Assembly (NCBI GenBank): GCA_046757925.1
Contig: JBHHZE010000006.1
Location: forward strand, 12,489-76,488
DNA length: 64,000 nucleotides
Origin: Gemmatimonadales bacterium
GTDB taxonomy: Bacteria > Gemmatimonadota > Gemmatimonadetes > Gemmatimonadales > GWC2-71-9
Direction of reading: 5' to 3'
Shown: piece by piece, positions 1 through 8,516 of the stretch
Numbering within the stretch: the stretch's first letter is position 1
How the letters are laid out: each line of letters starts with the position of its first letter
The notes under the pieces: generated by a model
The model's input: the letters and a program-made list of their open reading frames with translations, nothing else
What the model was told of the DNA's origin: nothing
Databases searched by the model: none
Made by a program: the position numbers and the translations under genes

Positions 1-279
1 ATCACCGAGTTGGTGCGGAAGGGGCTGCTGTCGCTGGGTGAGCTGATCGCTCGAATGAGTGTGGTTCCGGCCAAGATTTTCCATTTGCCTGGAGGAACGC
101 TCGCGCCGGGGGCGGTCGCGGATATCGTAGTCTTCGATCCCGAAGCCAGGACGGTCGTGGAGACCAGCGACTTCGTGTCAAAGAGCCACAACACGCCGTT
201 CGTGGGAAGAGAGCTGTACGGTGTCGTGGAGAGAACGATCGTGGGAGGCCGGTCGGTGTTCGTCCGCAGCGGACAGTGA
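1..279 (+). CDS. pyrC: dihydroorotase, C-terminal fragment (5' end outside window)
   Basis: Frame 1 is open from the window edge to TGA 277-279. The tail ...DIVVFDPEA...SKSHNTPFVGREL.G.V..TIVGG... is typical of the dihydroorotase C-terminus. Confidence 0.75.
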   Translation: MTELVRKGLLSLGELIARMSVVPAKIFHLPGGTLAPGAVADIVVFDPEARTVVETSDFVSKSHNTPFVGRELYGVVERTIVGGRSVFVRSGQ

Positions 280-282
280 ATA

Positions 283-960
283 ATGCGGCGTGACGTAGCG
301 CGGGCTATCGCTCACTGTTGCCGCAGGATGGCGGACATCGGGCTTATCGCCGGAGCCGATGGCAACGTCGCGGTTCGCGTCGGGACCGACCGTGCCATTG
401 TGACACCCAGCGGTCTCGTGAAGGCAGAACTGTCATCAGAGGATATGGTCGAAGTAGATCTGTCCGGCCGCCAAGTTCGGGGGCACCGCCGGGCGTCGAG
501 CGAACTGGACATGCATCTCCGTATCCTGCGGCTGCGCTCCGATGTGGGTGCCGTTGTCCATGCCCATCCTCCCGTGGCCACCGGCTTCGGGGTCGCGGGT
601 CTGGCATTTGACGACTGTGTACTACCAGAGCTTATCTTTCAAGTTGGCCATGTGCCGCTGGTACCATACGGCACACCGGGTACCCCGGAACTTGGGGACG
701 CCTTGGAGCCATACATAGCTGACTATGATGCGGTTGTTCTCGCCAATCACGGGGCTGTGACGATGGGGACGACACTGGATGATGCGAGAATAAGAATGGA
801 AAGCCTGGAGCACGCGGCGAAGATCATTTTTACTGCACGTATGCTTGGCAAGGTGCTTCCTCTCGATCCGGCGCAGGTGCGGCACCTGGAAAGGTTGAGA
901 CGTGACCGAGGTTTACCGGGTCCGTACCCTGGTTGTCCCACGGATCCAACGGAGACATGA
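283..960 (+). CDS. class II aldolase/adducin-domain protein (fuculose-phosphate aldolase-like)
   Basis: 225 aa. GNVAVR...IVTPSG, SSELDMHL, VVHAHPP and ANHG segments match the class II aldolase fold with metal-binding His residues. Confidence 0.8.
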   Translation: MRRDVARAIAHCCRRMADIGLIAGADGNVAVRVGTDRAIVTPSGLVKAELSSEDMVEVDLSGRQVRGHRRASSELDMHLRILRLRSDVGAVVHAHPPVATGFGVAGLAFDDCVLPELIFQVGHVPLVPYGTPGTPELGDALEPYIADYDAVVLANHGAVTMGTTLDDARIRMESLEHAAKIIFTARMLGKVLPLDPAQVRHLERLRRDRGLPGPYPGCPTDPTET

Positions 961-1899
961 ATGGGAGAAGATTCGTTGAAATCGGCTGGCGACATCAAGC
1001 GCCTGCGCGATGAAAAAGTCAAGCTGGAGGGTTGGCTCGCGCGACTCTCGGACGCCGGAAACGAGACGCCGGACAATGTGCGCAGCAAGGTCGAGGGTGA
1101 CTATAGAGAACGACTCGGTCAAGTGGTGGCGGAGCTTCAGAGCCATAGCGCTGAAATAAGGGCAGTGCTGGACAAACAAAGAGAAGTGCGGGCCGGGATC
1201 GCCGAGGAAGAGACCGGGGCCACCGAGAAGCTTGCCGAAGCTGGGTTGCGCCACAGCGTGGGGGAATACGATAAGAAGGAGTGGACGAAGATCGAGTCGG
1301 AGATCAACGCAACTCTTCAGGAGCTCCGCGGTAAGCTCGCCGGTGTTGACTCTGAGATACAGGAGCTGGAGGAACTCATGGCGATAGTTTCCGAGCCGGA
1401 AACGGCCGGGCAGGTGAGCCGTGAGTCGATGGGGGTCAAGGCTGGGGGCGACGGGGTCGACGAGGTCGACGAGGTCTCGGTTGCGGCTCGACCGGAGGAG
1501 TCGGTCGGCGGTGCCGCGGGTGAACCAGCCGCCGCATCGCAACACGATGCTTTCGATGGTCTAGATTTTCTGAGGTCCGTGACGGAGGACGAGGGCCATG
1601 GACCAGCGGCGGCACGGGCCAGCGGTGAGACGGTACAACCGGTAGAGGCCTTGGAGCAGGGGCCGGATCTGGGGGAGCCGAAACCCGAACCTGCACCCGC
1701 ACCCGCACCCGAGCCTGTACCAAAAGCGCCGCGGGTCTCCAAGAGTGTTGGGGCCGAGGGGGTCACGTCATTTGCCGATACTACTGGGCAACCGAAAAAA
1801 GCCCAGGCCAAAACCTTGAAGTGCGCTGAATGTGGTACGCTGAACCTGCCTACAGAGTGGTACTGCGAACGCTGCGGAGCCGAGCTGTCGGTGCTCTGA
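961..1899 (+). CDS. hypothetical coiled-coil protein with Pro/Ala-rich linker and C-terminal zinc ribbon
   Basis: 312 aa. The ATG directly abuts the upstream stop. The N-terminal ~140 aa are heptad-like and charged, followed by PEPAPAPAPEP low complexity and a C-terminal CAECG...WYCERCG (CxxC-x10-CxxC). Confidence 0.7.
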   Translation: MGEDSLKSAGDIKRLRDEKVKLEGWLARLSDAGNETPDNVRSKVEGDYRERLGQVVAELQSHSAEIRAVLDKQREVRAGIAEEETGATEKLAEAGLRHSVGEYDKKEWTKIESEINATLQELRGKLAGVDSEIQELEELMAIVSEPETAGQVSRESMGVKAGGDGVDEVDEVSVAARPEESVGGAAGEPAAASQHDAFDGLDFLRSVTEDEGHGPAAARASGETVQPVEALEQGPDLGEPKPEPAPAPAPEPVPKAPRVSKSVGAEGVTSFADTTGQPKKAQAKTLKCAECGTLNLPTEWYCERCGAELSVL

Positions 1900-1904
1900 A
1901 CCGG

Positions 1905-2156
1905 CTAGCTCTTTAGGGACACGACCTTCCTGAGCCGCCGCTTGTTCCGGGCGGCGGCGTTCTTGTGGATCAATCCCTTCCTGGCTGCCCTGTCGAGCAA
2001 CCGCTCGGCCGCCTTGTACGCAGCCTCGGCACTCTCGGCTGTGGCGTTTCTCACGGCCTTGACGGCGGTTCTGAGTGCAGACCGCTGCACTCTGTTCCGT
2101 GCGCTGCGCCGTCGGGACTGCCGCATTCTCTTTTTTGCCGAAGGGCTATGGGGCAC
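1905..2156 (-). CDS. rpsT: 30S ribosomal protein S20
   Basis: 83 aa, very basic. It begins MPHSPSAKKRMRQSRRRSARNR, the S20 signature N-terminus, and a GAGGAG Shine-Dalgarno lies upstream on the minus strand. Confidence 0.95.
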   Translation of the reverse strand: MPHSPSAKKRMRQSRRRSARNRVQRSALRTAVKAVRNATAESAEAAYKAAERLLDRAARKGLIHKNAAARNKRRLRKVVSLKS

Positions 2157-2312
2157 CCACTAACTCCTCAATCCAAAACGTAGAAATCCATCAATTTCAA
2201 GGCGGAAGTGTACCTCGCAAGTTGAGGCAAGTCAAGGCACTACGCACTTTGACACTCGCTCGGGGCACCGTTACCTTTCGCCCCACGTCTACCCGAGGAT
2301 TAACGTTACAGC

Positions 2313-2990
2313 GTGCAAGAATTCCTTTTGGCACTTCCGGTGTTATTGGTGTCGGTAGTGGCACACGAGTATGCGCATGGATATGCGGCTCTACAACAGG
2401 GGGATCCGACGGCGGCCCAGTTGGGCCGTCTGACGTTCAATCCGGTCAAGCACATCGATCCTTGGATGACCGTTCTGCTTCCGGCGATGCTATGGTTTGG
2501 CTCGGGTGGCCAGTTCGTATTTGGTGGAGCCAAGCCCGTGCCGGTCAATCCCCGCAATTACCGCAACTACCGGCGCGGAGACATCATAGTCTCTTCGGCT
2601 GGGATAGTTGTCAACTTGGGTCTGTTCATTGGGTTTGTCCTATTGATCGCTGCCGTGGGATCTCTGGGCAATCTCCTGCCGGCGCTGAGGCCCTTGCTGG
2701 CTAGCTTGCAGAGGATGTTCTATTGGGGCGTATGGCTCAATGTCCTGCTAGCTTTTTTCAATTTGATTCCGATACCGCCGCTCGACGGGTCGCATATCTT
2801 CTATCACTTCCTGCCGCCCGCGCTCGGTGCGAAGTATCGTGAGCTCTCACGCTACGGATTCCTGGTCCTCCTGGCGCTGATGCTGTTCTTCCAGAATCTG
2901 TTTTTCCTGCTCTTGGCGCCGGCAATAATGCTCACCCGCGTTGCGGTGTCGATAGTTGGACCGTTTGCCCTGCAACCACCGCCTTTTTGA
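2313..2990 (+). CDS. site-2 protease family (peptidase M50) membrane metalloprotease
   Basis: 225 aa with a GTG start. HEYAHG (HExxH) sits in the first TM segment, there are several TM helices, and a NLIPIPPLDG motif is present. Confidence 0.85.
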   Translation: MQEFLLALPVLLVSVVAHEYAHGYAALQQGDPTAAQLGRLTFNPVKHIDPWMTVLLPAMLWFGSGGQFVFGGAKPVPVNPRNYRNYRRGDIIVSSAGIVVNLGLFIGFVLLIAAVGSLGNLLPALRPLLASLQRMFYWGVWLNVLLAFFNLIPIPPLDGSHIFYHFLPPALGAKYRELSRYGFLVLLALMLFFQNLFFLLLAPAIMLTRVAVSIVGPFALQPPPF

Positions 2991-2991
2991 G

Positions 2992-3726
2992 ATGGGTACT
3001 CTAGCCGCCGTTAGGGACGACGTCTCGTTCGTCGTCAACCTGGAGGGATTCGCAGGTCCTCTCGATCTGTTGCTCCATCTGATCAGAGAGCAGGAGATCG
3101 ATATTGCGGACATACCCATCGCCCAAATTGCCGATCAGTTTCTCGAAGCCATCGAGGCGCTTGGCCTGAATGAGGCGGCCAACTACCTCGACATGGCCTC
3201 GTGGCTGCTCCGGATCAAGATCCAGATGCTGTTGCCGCGTCCGTTTGACGACGAGAATTGGGAGGATCCGAGAGCCGAGCTCGTGCGGCGGTTGCTCGAA
3301 TACCAGCAGATCCGCGAAGTGGCCGACTGGTTGGAGCAACGCGCCGATCTGAGGTCGGGACAGTTCCCCCGGGGGTGGACGGCGGAGTTGCCGGCACCGG
3401 AGGCCCCACCGTTATCGATAAACTTGGACGAAGTAGTCGCTGCGGTTGAGCGAGTCCTCGAGGCCATACCTCAACCGGTGTTGCACAGAGTGGTGGTACG
3501 GCCCCTGGATGTAGAAGGTGCAACGCGGCGGATCGAGACAATGCTCGAGCGTATGGATCAGTTCGACTTTGCCGATCTGTTCGACTCGGCATCCACCATT
3601 GTCGATGTGCTGTCGGCGCTGCTGGCGTTACTGGAGTTGGCGAGGCTAGGTCGTGTCCGACTGGTCCAATTACACGCCTTTAGCTCGCTGGCGATCAACC
3701 GTGAAACGACTGACGCAGCTATTTGA
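2992..3726 (+). CDS. scpA: segregation and condensation protein A
   Basis: LEGFAGPLDLLLHLI...EIDI.DIPIAQI..QFL is the ScpA N-terminal signature. ATG 2992 lies 1 nt after the M50 stop; the ORF-track TTG 2956 is probably an extension. Confidence 0.9.
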   Translation: MGTLAAVRDDVSFVVNLEGFAGPLDLLLHLIREQEIDIADIPIAQIADQFLEAIEALGLNEAANYLDMASWLLRIKIQMLLPRPFDDENWEDPRAELVRRLLEYQQIREVADWLEQRADLRSGQFPRGWTAELPAPEAPPLSINLDEVVAAVERVLEAIPQPVLHRVVVRPLDVEGATRRIETMLERMDQFDFADLFDSASTIVDVLSALLALLELARLGRVRLVQLHAFSSLAINRETTDAAI

Positions 3727-4255
3727 GGCCGCATTGTTCTCTGCCGGACATCCGTTGCCGGTAGGAGAACTGGCGAAGCTCGACCGCGAAGCGACACGCG
3801 CAGAAGTCCAGGAGGCACTGGAAGAGCTCAGATCGGAGTATGAGCGGAAGCAACGGGGTATCGAACTGGTGCAGGTTGCAGAAGGTTATCAGATCTTGAC
3901 TCGTCGGGAGTTCGCCGATGAAATAGCGCGTGCGCGATTGGTGATCCGGCCGCGTAGACTTTCTGCAGCGGCGCTCGAGACCCTCGCGATCGTTGCATAC
4001 CGACAACCGGTCGGACGTGCCGAAATCGAGGAGATCCGGGGGGTCTCGGTGGAGGGTGTACTCCGGTCGCTACAGGAACGAGGGCTGATCGATATAGTCG
4101 GTAGGGCGGAAGCGATGGGCAGGCCGTTGCTTTACGGTACCAGCGCGGGTTTTTTGGAGCTGCTTGGCATAAATGATCTGAGCGAGCTGCCTCGACTCGA
4201 GGAACTGTCAGTGGCGCTGCGGATGCCATCGGCGTTGAGCGGTGGTGGAGAATGA
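3701..4255 (+). CDS. scpB: segregation and condensation protein B
   Basis: FEAALFSAGHPL..GELAKL and AYRQPV.RAEIE.IRGV match winged-helix ScpB motifs. The start is uncertain: GTG 3701 is preferred and GTG 3653 is possible. Confidence 0.88.
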   Translation: MKRLTQLFEAALFSAGHPLPVGELAKLDREATRAEVQEALEELRSEYERKQRGIELVQVAEGYQILTRREFADEIARARLVIRPRRLSAAALETLAIVAYRQPVGRAEIEEIRGVSVEGVLRSLQERGLIDIVGRAEAMGRPLLYGTSAGFLELLGINDLSELPRLEELSVALRMPSALSGGGE

Positions 4256-4968
4256 CGGTGATGCGGTTGCAGCGTGCGCTCGCCAGAGCAGGGGTCGCAT
4301 CCCGCAGAGGTGCGGAGGAATTAATTAGGGGAGGTTGTGTGACCGTCAACGGTGTGGAGGCGACGATCGGAACCAAGGTTGATTGGTCGATGGATGTGGT
4401 CTCCGTGCGTGGAAGAAGGGTAGCTCCAGTGGCACAGGCGTCGATCGTACTGCACAAGCCTGTTGGCACCGTCGTCACACGCCGGGATCCTCAAGGAAGG
4501 GCGACTGTCTTCGAACTCGTCCCTCCAATCCCGGGGCTCACGTACGCGGGGCGACTGGATGTACTGACCAGCGGACTCTTGTTGTTGAGCACAGACGGCG
4601 ATCTCGTGCATCGCCTGACGCACCCCAGGTTTGGTGTGAAGCGAACGTACCGGGCGCGCGTGCATGGACGGTCGGCTGACGCGATCAGGAAGGACCTCGC
4701 TCATCCGATAGTGATCGATGGTAGAGCGGTTGAACTGGCGTCGTACCGCGTCACTTGCAGGCGACCCAATTCCGTCGACATTGTCGTCGTAGTTCGCGAG
4801 GGGCGCAATAGAATCGTGCGGCGGGTTTGCGAGAAACTTGGCGTCAAGGTAGATGAACTGGTCAGGTTGAGTCATGGCCCTGTTCACCTCGGGCGCTTGG
4901 CGGTTGGGGAGTGGCGATATCTGACGAGACGGGAGACTGCCGCGCTTGGTGTGAAGCGCACGGCTTGA
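4252..4968 (+). CDS. rluB: pseudouridine synthase, RsuA/RluB family (S4 domain + catalytic domain)
   Basis: N-terminal S4-like MRLQRALARAGVASRR..E.LI..G.V.VNG and the catalytic GRLDVLTSGLLLLSTDG motif. The start overlaps scpB as ATGA. Confidence 0.85.
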   Translation: MTVMRLQRALARAGVASRRGAEELIRGGCVTVNGVEATIGTKVDWSMDVVSVRGRRVAPVAQASIVLHKPVGTVVTRRDPQGRATVFELVPPIPGLTYAGRLDVLTSGLLLLSTDGDLVHRLTHPRFGVKRTYRARVHGRSADAIRKDLAHPIVIDGRAVELASYRVTCRRPNSVDIVVVVREGRNRIVRRVCEKLGVKVDELVRLSHGPVHLGRLAVGEWRYLTRRETAALGVKRTA

Positions 4969-4980
4969 CTACGGGGAACC

Positions 4981-6615
4981 ATGGATCTGGCGGGTAAGAA
5001 CGTATTGATACTTGGCGGCAGTGGCCTAGTCGGCAGGGCGATTGCTCGGCGTCTCTTTGTCGAGAATCCCGCGTCTGTTGTGCTCGTAGCGCTTGGGGAG
5101 GACGAGGTACAGGAGGCGGTGGAAGACCTCACTGCTGAAGCAGGTAACACCGAAGTGAAGACTTTTTGGGGAAATGTTTTTCTTCCAGCGGATGCCGCGC
5201 GGCTGGGGTGGTCCGAGATGTTGTCGAAGGAGAAGCTGAGGGCATTGGTCATATCCGATCTTCTGGGCGAATTGACCGGCGATGTGGTCCAAAGAAGTTT
5301 GCTTTTCCAGGCATTCCAGCGGTACAAACCAGAAGTCGTGATTGATTGTATCAACACTGCGACGGCGTTCGCTTACCGGGATGTATTCAGCAGCGCCCAA
5401 GATCTCCTGAGCGCCGCCCGGGACGGTAGCATCGATCAACGGCAGATCGAAGAGCACATCCTGACACTCACGACGCCGCAATTGATCAGGCACGTTCAAA
5501 TTGTGGTCGAGGCTATGCGAGCCGCTGGGACTCGGGCATACGTGAAAATCGGTACGAGTGGAACCGGGGGGATGGGATTCAACATCCCTTACACACATTC
5601 GGAAGAGCGGCCGTCCCGCACGCTCTTGACCAAGTCCGCCGTAGCCGGAGCGCATTCACTATTGTTGTTCTTACTCGGTAGAACGCCCGGCGGTCCGGCT
5701 ACTATCGAAATCAAGCCTACCGCGGCGATCGCCTGGCGCGACATCGAATTTGGGACGGTGCACAAAAAGCGGATTCCCGTTCGGCGGTTCGACTGTCCCA
5801 AGGCGCTTTCGTTGGAAGAGGCATTCGAGTCAGAAGCGTGTGGATGGCTGGATACGGGTAGCTTGTTGGAGGCACCGTTCATAGATGTTGGTGAGAACGG
5901 GTTATTTGCCCGCGACGAATTCCAAACCGTTACGTCATTGGGACAGATGGAGTTTATCACTCCTGAGGAAGTTGCTGAGTACGTGATCATGGAGCTACAA
6001 GGTCGGCCCACGGGCCGGGATATTGTGGCGGCTCTCGATGCGGCGACTGCCGGACCGACGTATCGAGCAGGCCTGCTGCGGGAGATTGCGGTCGAGAAGC
6101 TGAAGCAACTGGAAGTCGAACACGGTGTCCGCGTTCCCGCGTTCGAGATGCTGGGGCCGCCGCGTCTCTCAAAGTTGATTTACGAAGCGTTTCTTCTCTC
6201 GCGCTTGTGTGACACCGTTAGAGACCTGGCGGGAAGCGACGAGAGCGGTTTATCCGAGGCCGCAGTGCAGCTCGTATGTGACGACAAAGATCTGCGATCT
6301 GCCATCATCTCCATAGGTCTTCCGATAATTATTCCCGGAGAGAAAATTTATAGAGCCGTAGACGTATTGGTTCCTCCCGTGAATGGCGATATCGAGCGGG
6401 CGGCGGCGAACGGATGGGTGGATCTGAGACCGGCGAACCTCGCGGATTGGATCAGACGGGCCAGACGGATGGCGGAGCAGTCGGGCGCCGCGCAAGGTAC
6501 GGTAGGGAGCAACATCGATTGGGACATAATCGACGCCAACGACCTTATTGAGCCGTCCAGATTTGCCACGTGGATCTTTCACAATGAAGATGGCGGCCGG
6601 CGCATTAAGCGCTGA
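4981..6615 (+). CDS. hypothetical NAD(P)-binding Rossmann-fold protein, family not recognised
   Basis: 544 aa. N-terminal KNVLILGGSGLVGRAI (GxxGxxG) is followed by an acidic residue after beta-2. The remaining ~350 aa carry no motif I can assign. Confidence 0.75.
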   Translation: MDLAGKNVLILGGSGLVGRAIARRLFVENPASVVLVALGEDEVQEAVEDLTAEAGNTEVKTFWGNVFLPADAARLGWSEMLSKEKLRALVISDLLGELTGDVVQRSLLFQAFQRYKPEVVIDCINTATAFAYRDVFSSAQDLLSAARDGSIDQRQIEEHILTLTTPQLIRHVQIVVEAMRAAGTRAYVKIGTSGTGGMGFNIPYTHSEERPSRTLLTKSAVAGAHSLLLFLLGRTPGGPATIEIKPTAAIAWRDIEFGTVHKKRIPVRRFDCPKALSLEEAFESEACGWLDTGSLLEAPFIDVGENGLFARDEFQTVTSLGQMEFITPEEVAEYVIMELQGRPTGRDIVAALDAATAGPTYRAGLLREIAVEKLKQLEVEHGVRVPAFEMLGPPRLSKLIYEAFLLSRLCDTVRDLAGSDESGLSEAAVQLVCDDKDLRSAIISIGLPIIIPGEKIYRAVDVLVPPVNGDIERAAANGWVDLRPANLADWIRRARRMAEQSGAAQGTVGSNIDWDIIDANDLIEPSRFATWIFHNEDGGRRIKR

Positions 6616-6648
6616 GAACCATGCAATTAACGATCTAGGGGGATGTGC

Positions 6649-7623
6649 GTGACATCTCGGGCAATGAAGACGCTGGATGCCAGTCTGACTTCCTCGGTGG
6701 CCGAAGAAGTCGGAAAGCGCATTGTAGGTCAGGAGCTCATGGTCGAGGGACTGCTCGTGGGGCTTCTGACTGGCGGGCACATATTGCTGGAAGGCGTTCC
6801 GGGTCTCGCCAAGACCCTGGCTGTGCGGTCTCTCGCGGAAGCGATCCGAACCAAATTCCAGCGAATCCAGTTCACTCCCGACCTGCTTCCCGCCGACATC
6901 ATTGGTACCATGGTTTTCGATCAGAAAACCGGTGAGTTCCATCCCAAGCGAGGGCCCCTGTTTGCCAACATTATCCTGGCGGACGAGATAAACCGTGCCC
7001 CGGCCAAAGTCCAATCGGCGCTGCTCGAGGCGATGCAGGAAAAGCAGGTGACGATCGGCGGAGAGACGCACAACCTGGAAGAGCCGTTCCTGGTACTCGC
7101 AACACAGAATCCAATCGAACACGAGGGGACATACTCGCTGCCAGAGGCACAGTTAGACCGTTTCATGCTCAAGTTGCTGGTCGGATATCCCAGCCGCGAC
7201 GAGGAAAAGGAAATCCTCTGGAGAATGTCGGGTGGCCAGGAGATCCCGCTCAAGGCAATCGCAGACCCCAGCGAAATCATAGGCTTGCGAACGACCGTTG
7301 CCGAACTGTACATGGACCAGAAACTCGTCGACTATATCGTCGATATAGTGCGTGCCACCCGGGAGCCTCAGTCGATCGGGCTGCAGGAACTGCGACCGCT
7401 AATTGCCTATGGCGGCAGTCCGCGAGCTACCATATACCTCGCGCAGGCGGCTCGGGCTCATGCGTTTTTGAGAGGGCGGGCGTATGTGGTTCCGGAGGAC
7501 GTCAAGGCAATGGCGCCGGACATACTCCGCCACAGGGTCCTGCTCACCTTCGAGGCGGAGGCGGAAGACGTAACATCTGACAACATCATATCTAGAATCT
7601 TGGATGCGGTGGACGTACCGTGA
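6649..7623 (+). CDS. MoxR-family AAA+ ATPase
   Basis: Walker A LLEGVPGLAKT and Walker B/sensor ILADEINRAPAKVQSALLEAMQE. GTG 6649 has AGGGGG 6 nt upstream; ATG 6643 and ATG 6664 are alternatives. Confidence 0.9.
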   Translation: MTSRAMKTLDASLTSSVAEEVGKRIVGQELMVEGLLVGLLTGGHILLEGVPGLAKTLAVRSLAEAIRTKFQRIQFTPDLLPADIIGTMVFDQKTGEFHPKRGPLFANIILADEINRAPAKVQSALLEAMQEKQVTIGGETHNLEEPFLVLATQNPIEHEGTYSLPEAQLDRFMLKLLVGYPSRDEEKEILWRMSGGQEIPLKAIADPSEIIGLRTTVAELYMDQKLVDYIVDIVRATREPQSIGLQELRPLIAYGGSPRATIYLAQAARAHAFLRGRAYVVPEDVKAMAPDILRHRVLLTFEAEAEDVTSDNIISRILDAVDVP

Positions 7624-8516
7624 GGCAATCCGTACGTATGGTCAGCCCGGAGGTCCTGCGTCAGGTGAAGACGATCGAACTTCGTGCGCGCAAGCTGGTG
7701 AGCACGTTGTTTTCCGGTGAATATCGATCGGTCTTTCGAGGCCACGGGATTGAATTTGCAGAGGTGCGGGGGTATCAGCACGGTGACGATTTCAGGGCAA
7801 TCGATTGGAACGTTTCGGCTCGGATGGGGTCTCCGTATGTGAAGGTGTTCGAAGAAGAACGTGAGTTGACGTTGATGCTCGTGGTTGACCGGTCAGGTTC
7901 GGTCGAGTTCGGTCGGCCGGTAACGAAAGCTCAACGGGCTGTTGAGGTGGCCGCAATTCTGGCCCTCGCGGCGGCCCGGCAGAACGATCGGTCGGGCGCG
8001 GTCATCTTTTCGAGCGGAGTCGATCACGTAGTGCCTCCGGCCAAAGGAAAGCGACATGCCCTCCGGCTGATCCGCGATCTTCTAGCATTTTCTCCCCAGG
8101 ACCGTGGCACGAACATCGGCGCCGCACTCACATATGTGTCGCGGTTGCTCCGACACAGGTCCATTGTCGTTATTCTTTCGGACTTCCGGTCGCGAGACTG
8201 GCATGAACCTCTGAAAAACCTGGCACTACGGCACGAGGTGATTGCCATAACCGTAGACGATGGGCGGGAGATCGAATTGCCCGAGGTAGGGTGGATCCAG
8301 TTGAAGGATGCGGAATCGGGCTCCGAGGTATTGGTGGACACGTCGCATAAGGCGACACGGGTCGAGCTCCAAGTCGCGGTGGAGCAGTTGCTGTTGGCCA
8401 GGTCGAGGGCACTCAAGAACGCACAGGTCGACCACATTGGTCTGCGCACCGACCGACCATACACCGAGCCACTGCACCGTGCCTTTTCGGAGCGTGCGCG
8501 GCGCCTGCGAAGGTGA
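7620..8516 (+). CDS. DUF58 (vWA-like) protein, MoxR partner
   Basis: FRGHGIEFAEVRGYQHGDDFRAIDWNVSAR is the DUF58 signature, and VVDRSGS is MIDAS-like. The start overlaps the MoxR gene as GTGA. Confidence 0.9.
   Translation: MRQSVRMVSPEVLRQVKTIELRARKLVSTLFSGEYRSVFRGHGIEFAEVRGYQHGDDFRAIDWNVSARMGSPYVKVFEEERELTLMLVVDRSGSVEFGRPVTKAQRAVEVAAILALAAARQNDRSGAVIFSSGVDHVVPPAKGKRHALRLIRDLLAFSPQDRGTNIGAALTYVSRLLRHRSIVVILSDFRSRDWHEPLKNLALRHEVIAITVDDGREIELPEVGWIQLKDAESGSEVLVDTSHKATRVELQVAVEQLLLARSRALKNAQVDHIGLRTDRPYTEPLHRAFSERARRLRR

Noticed and set aside
913-1545. 210-aa minus-strand ORF antisense to the coiled-coil/zinc-ribbon gene
   Set aside because: The + strand ORF has a coherent domain architecture and abuts the upstream gene. 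The antisense product is Arg/Leu-rich with no features. The + strand gene is itself only a hypothetical protein, so this rejection is slightly less certain.
1443-1716. Short tandem repeats (GTCGACGAG x2 at ~1455-1474; GCACCC x3 at ~1693-1711; also GGAGGC x3 at ~17620-17640 in bshA)
   Set aside because: They are in-frame low-complexity coding repeats ([21 protein letters not shown]). They are far too short and lack spacers, so this is neither a CRISPR array nor a meaningful repeat element.
2157-2312. 156-nt rpsT/M50 divergent intergenic region examined for a tRNA, riboswitch or small RNA
   Set aside because: I could fold no cloverleaf or conserved riboswitch core by eye. I saw only a possible TTGACA-17-TACCTT hexamer pair (2249-2277) and the rpsT Shine-Dalgarno, which is too weak to report as a feature.
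6250-7122. 290-aa minus-strand ORF spanning the end of the Rossmann gene and the start of the MoxR gene
   Set aside because: It is antisense to two ORFs with clear protein motifs (Walker A/B). Its translation is Arg/Gly/His-rich with no motif. This is a typical shadow ORF of GC-rich DNA.
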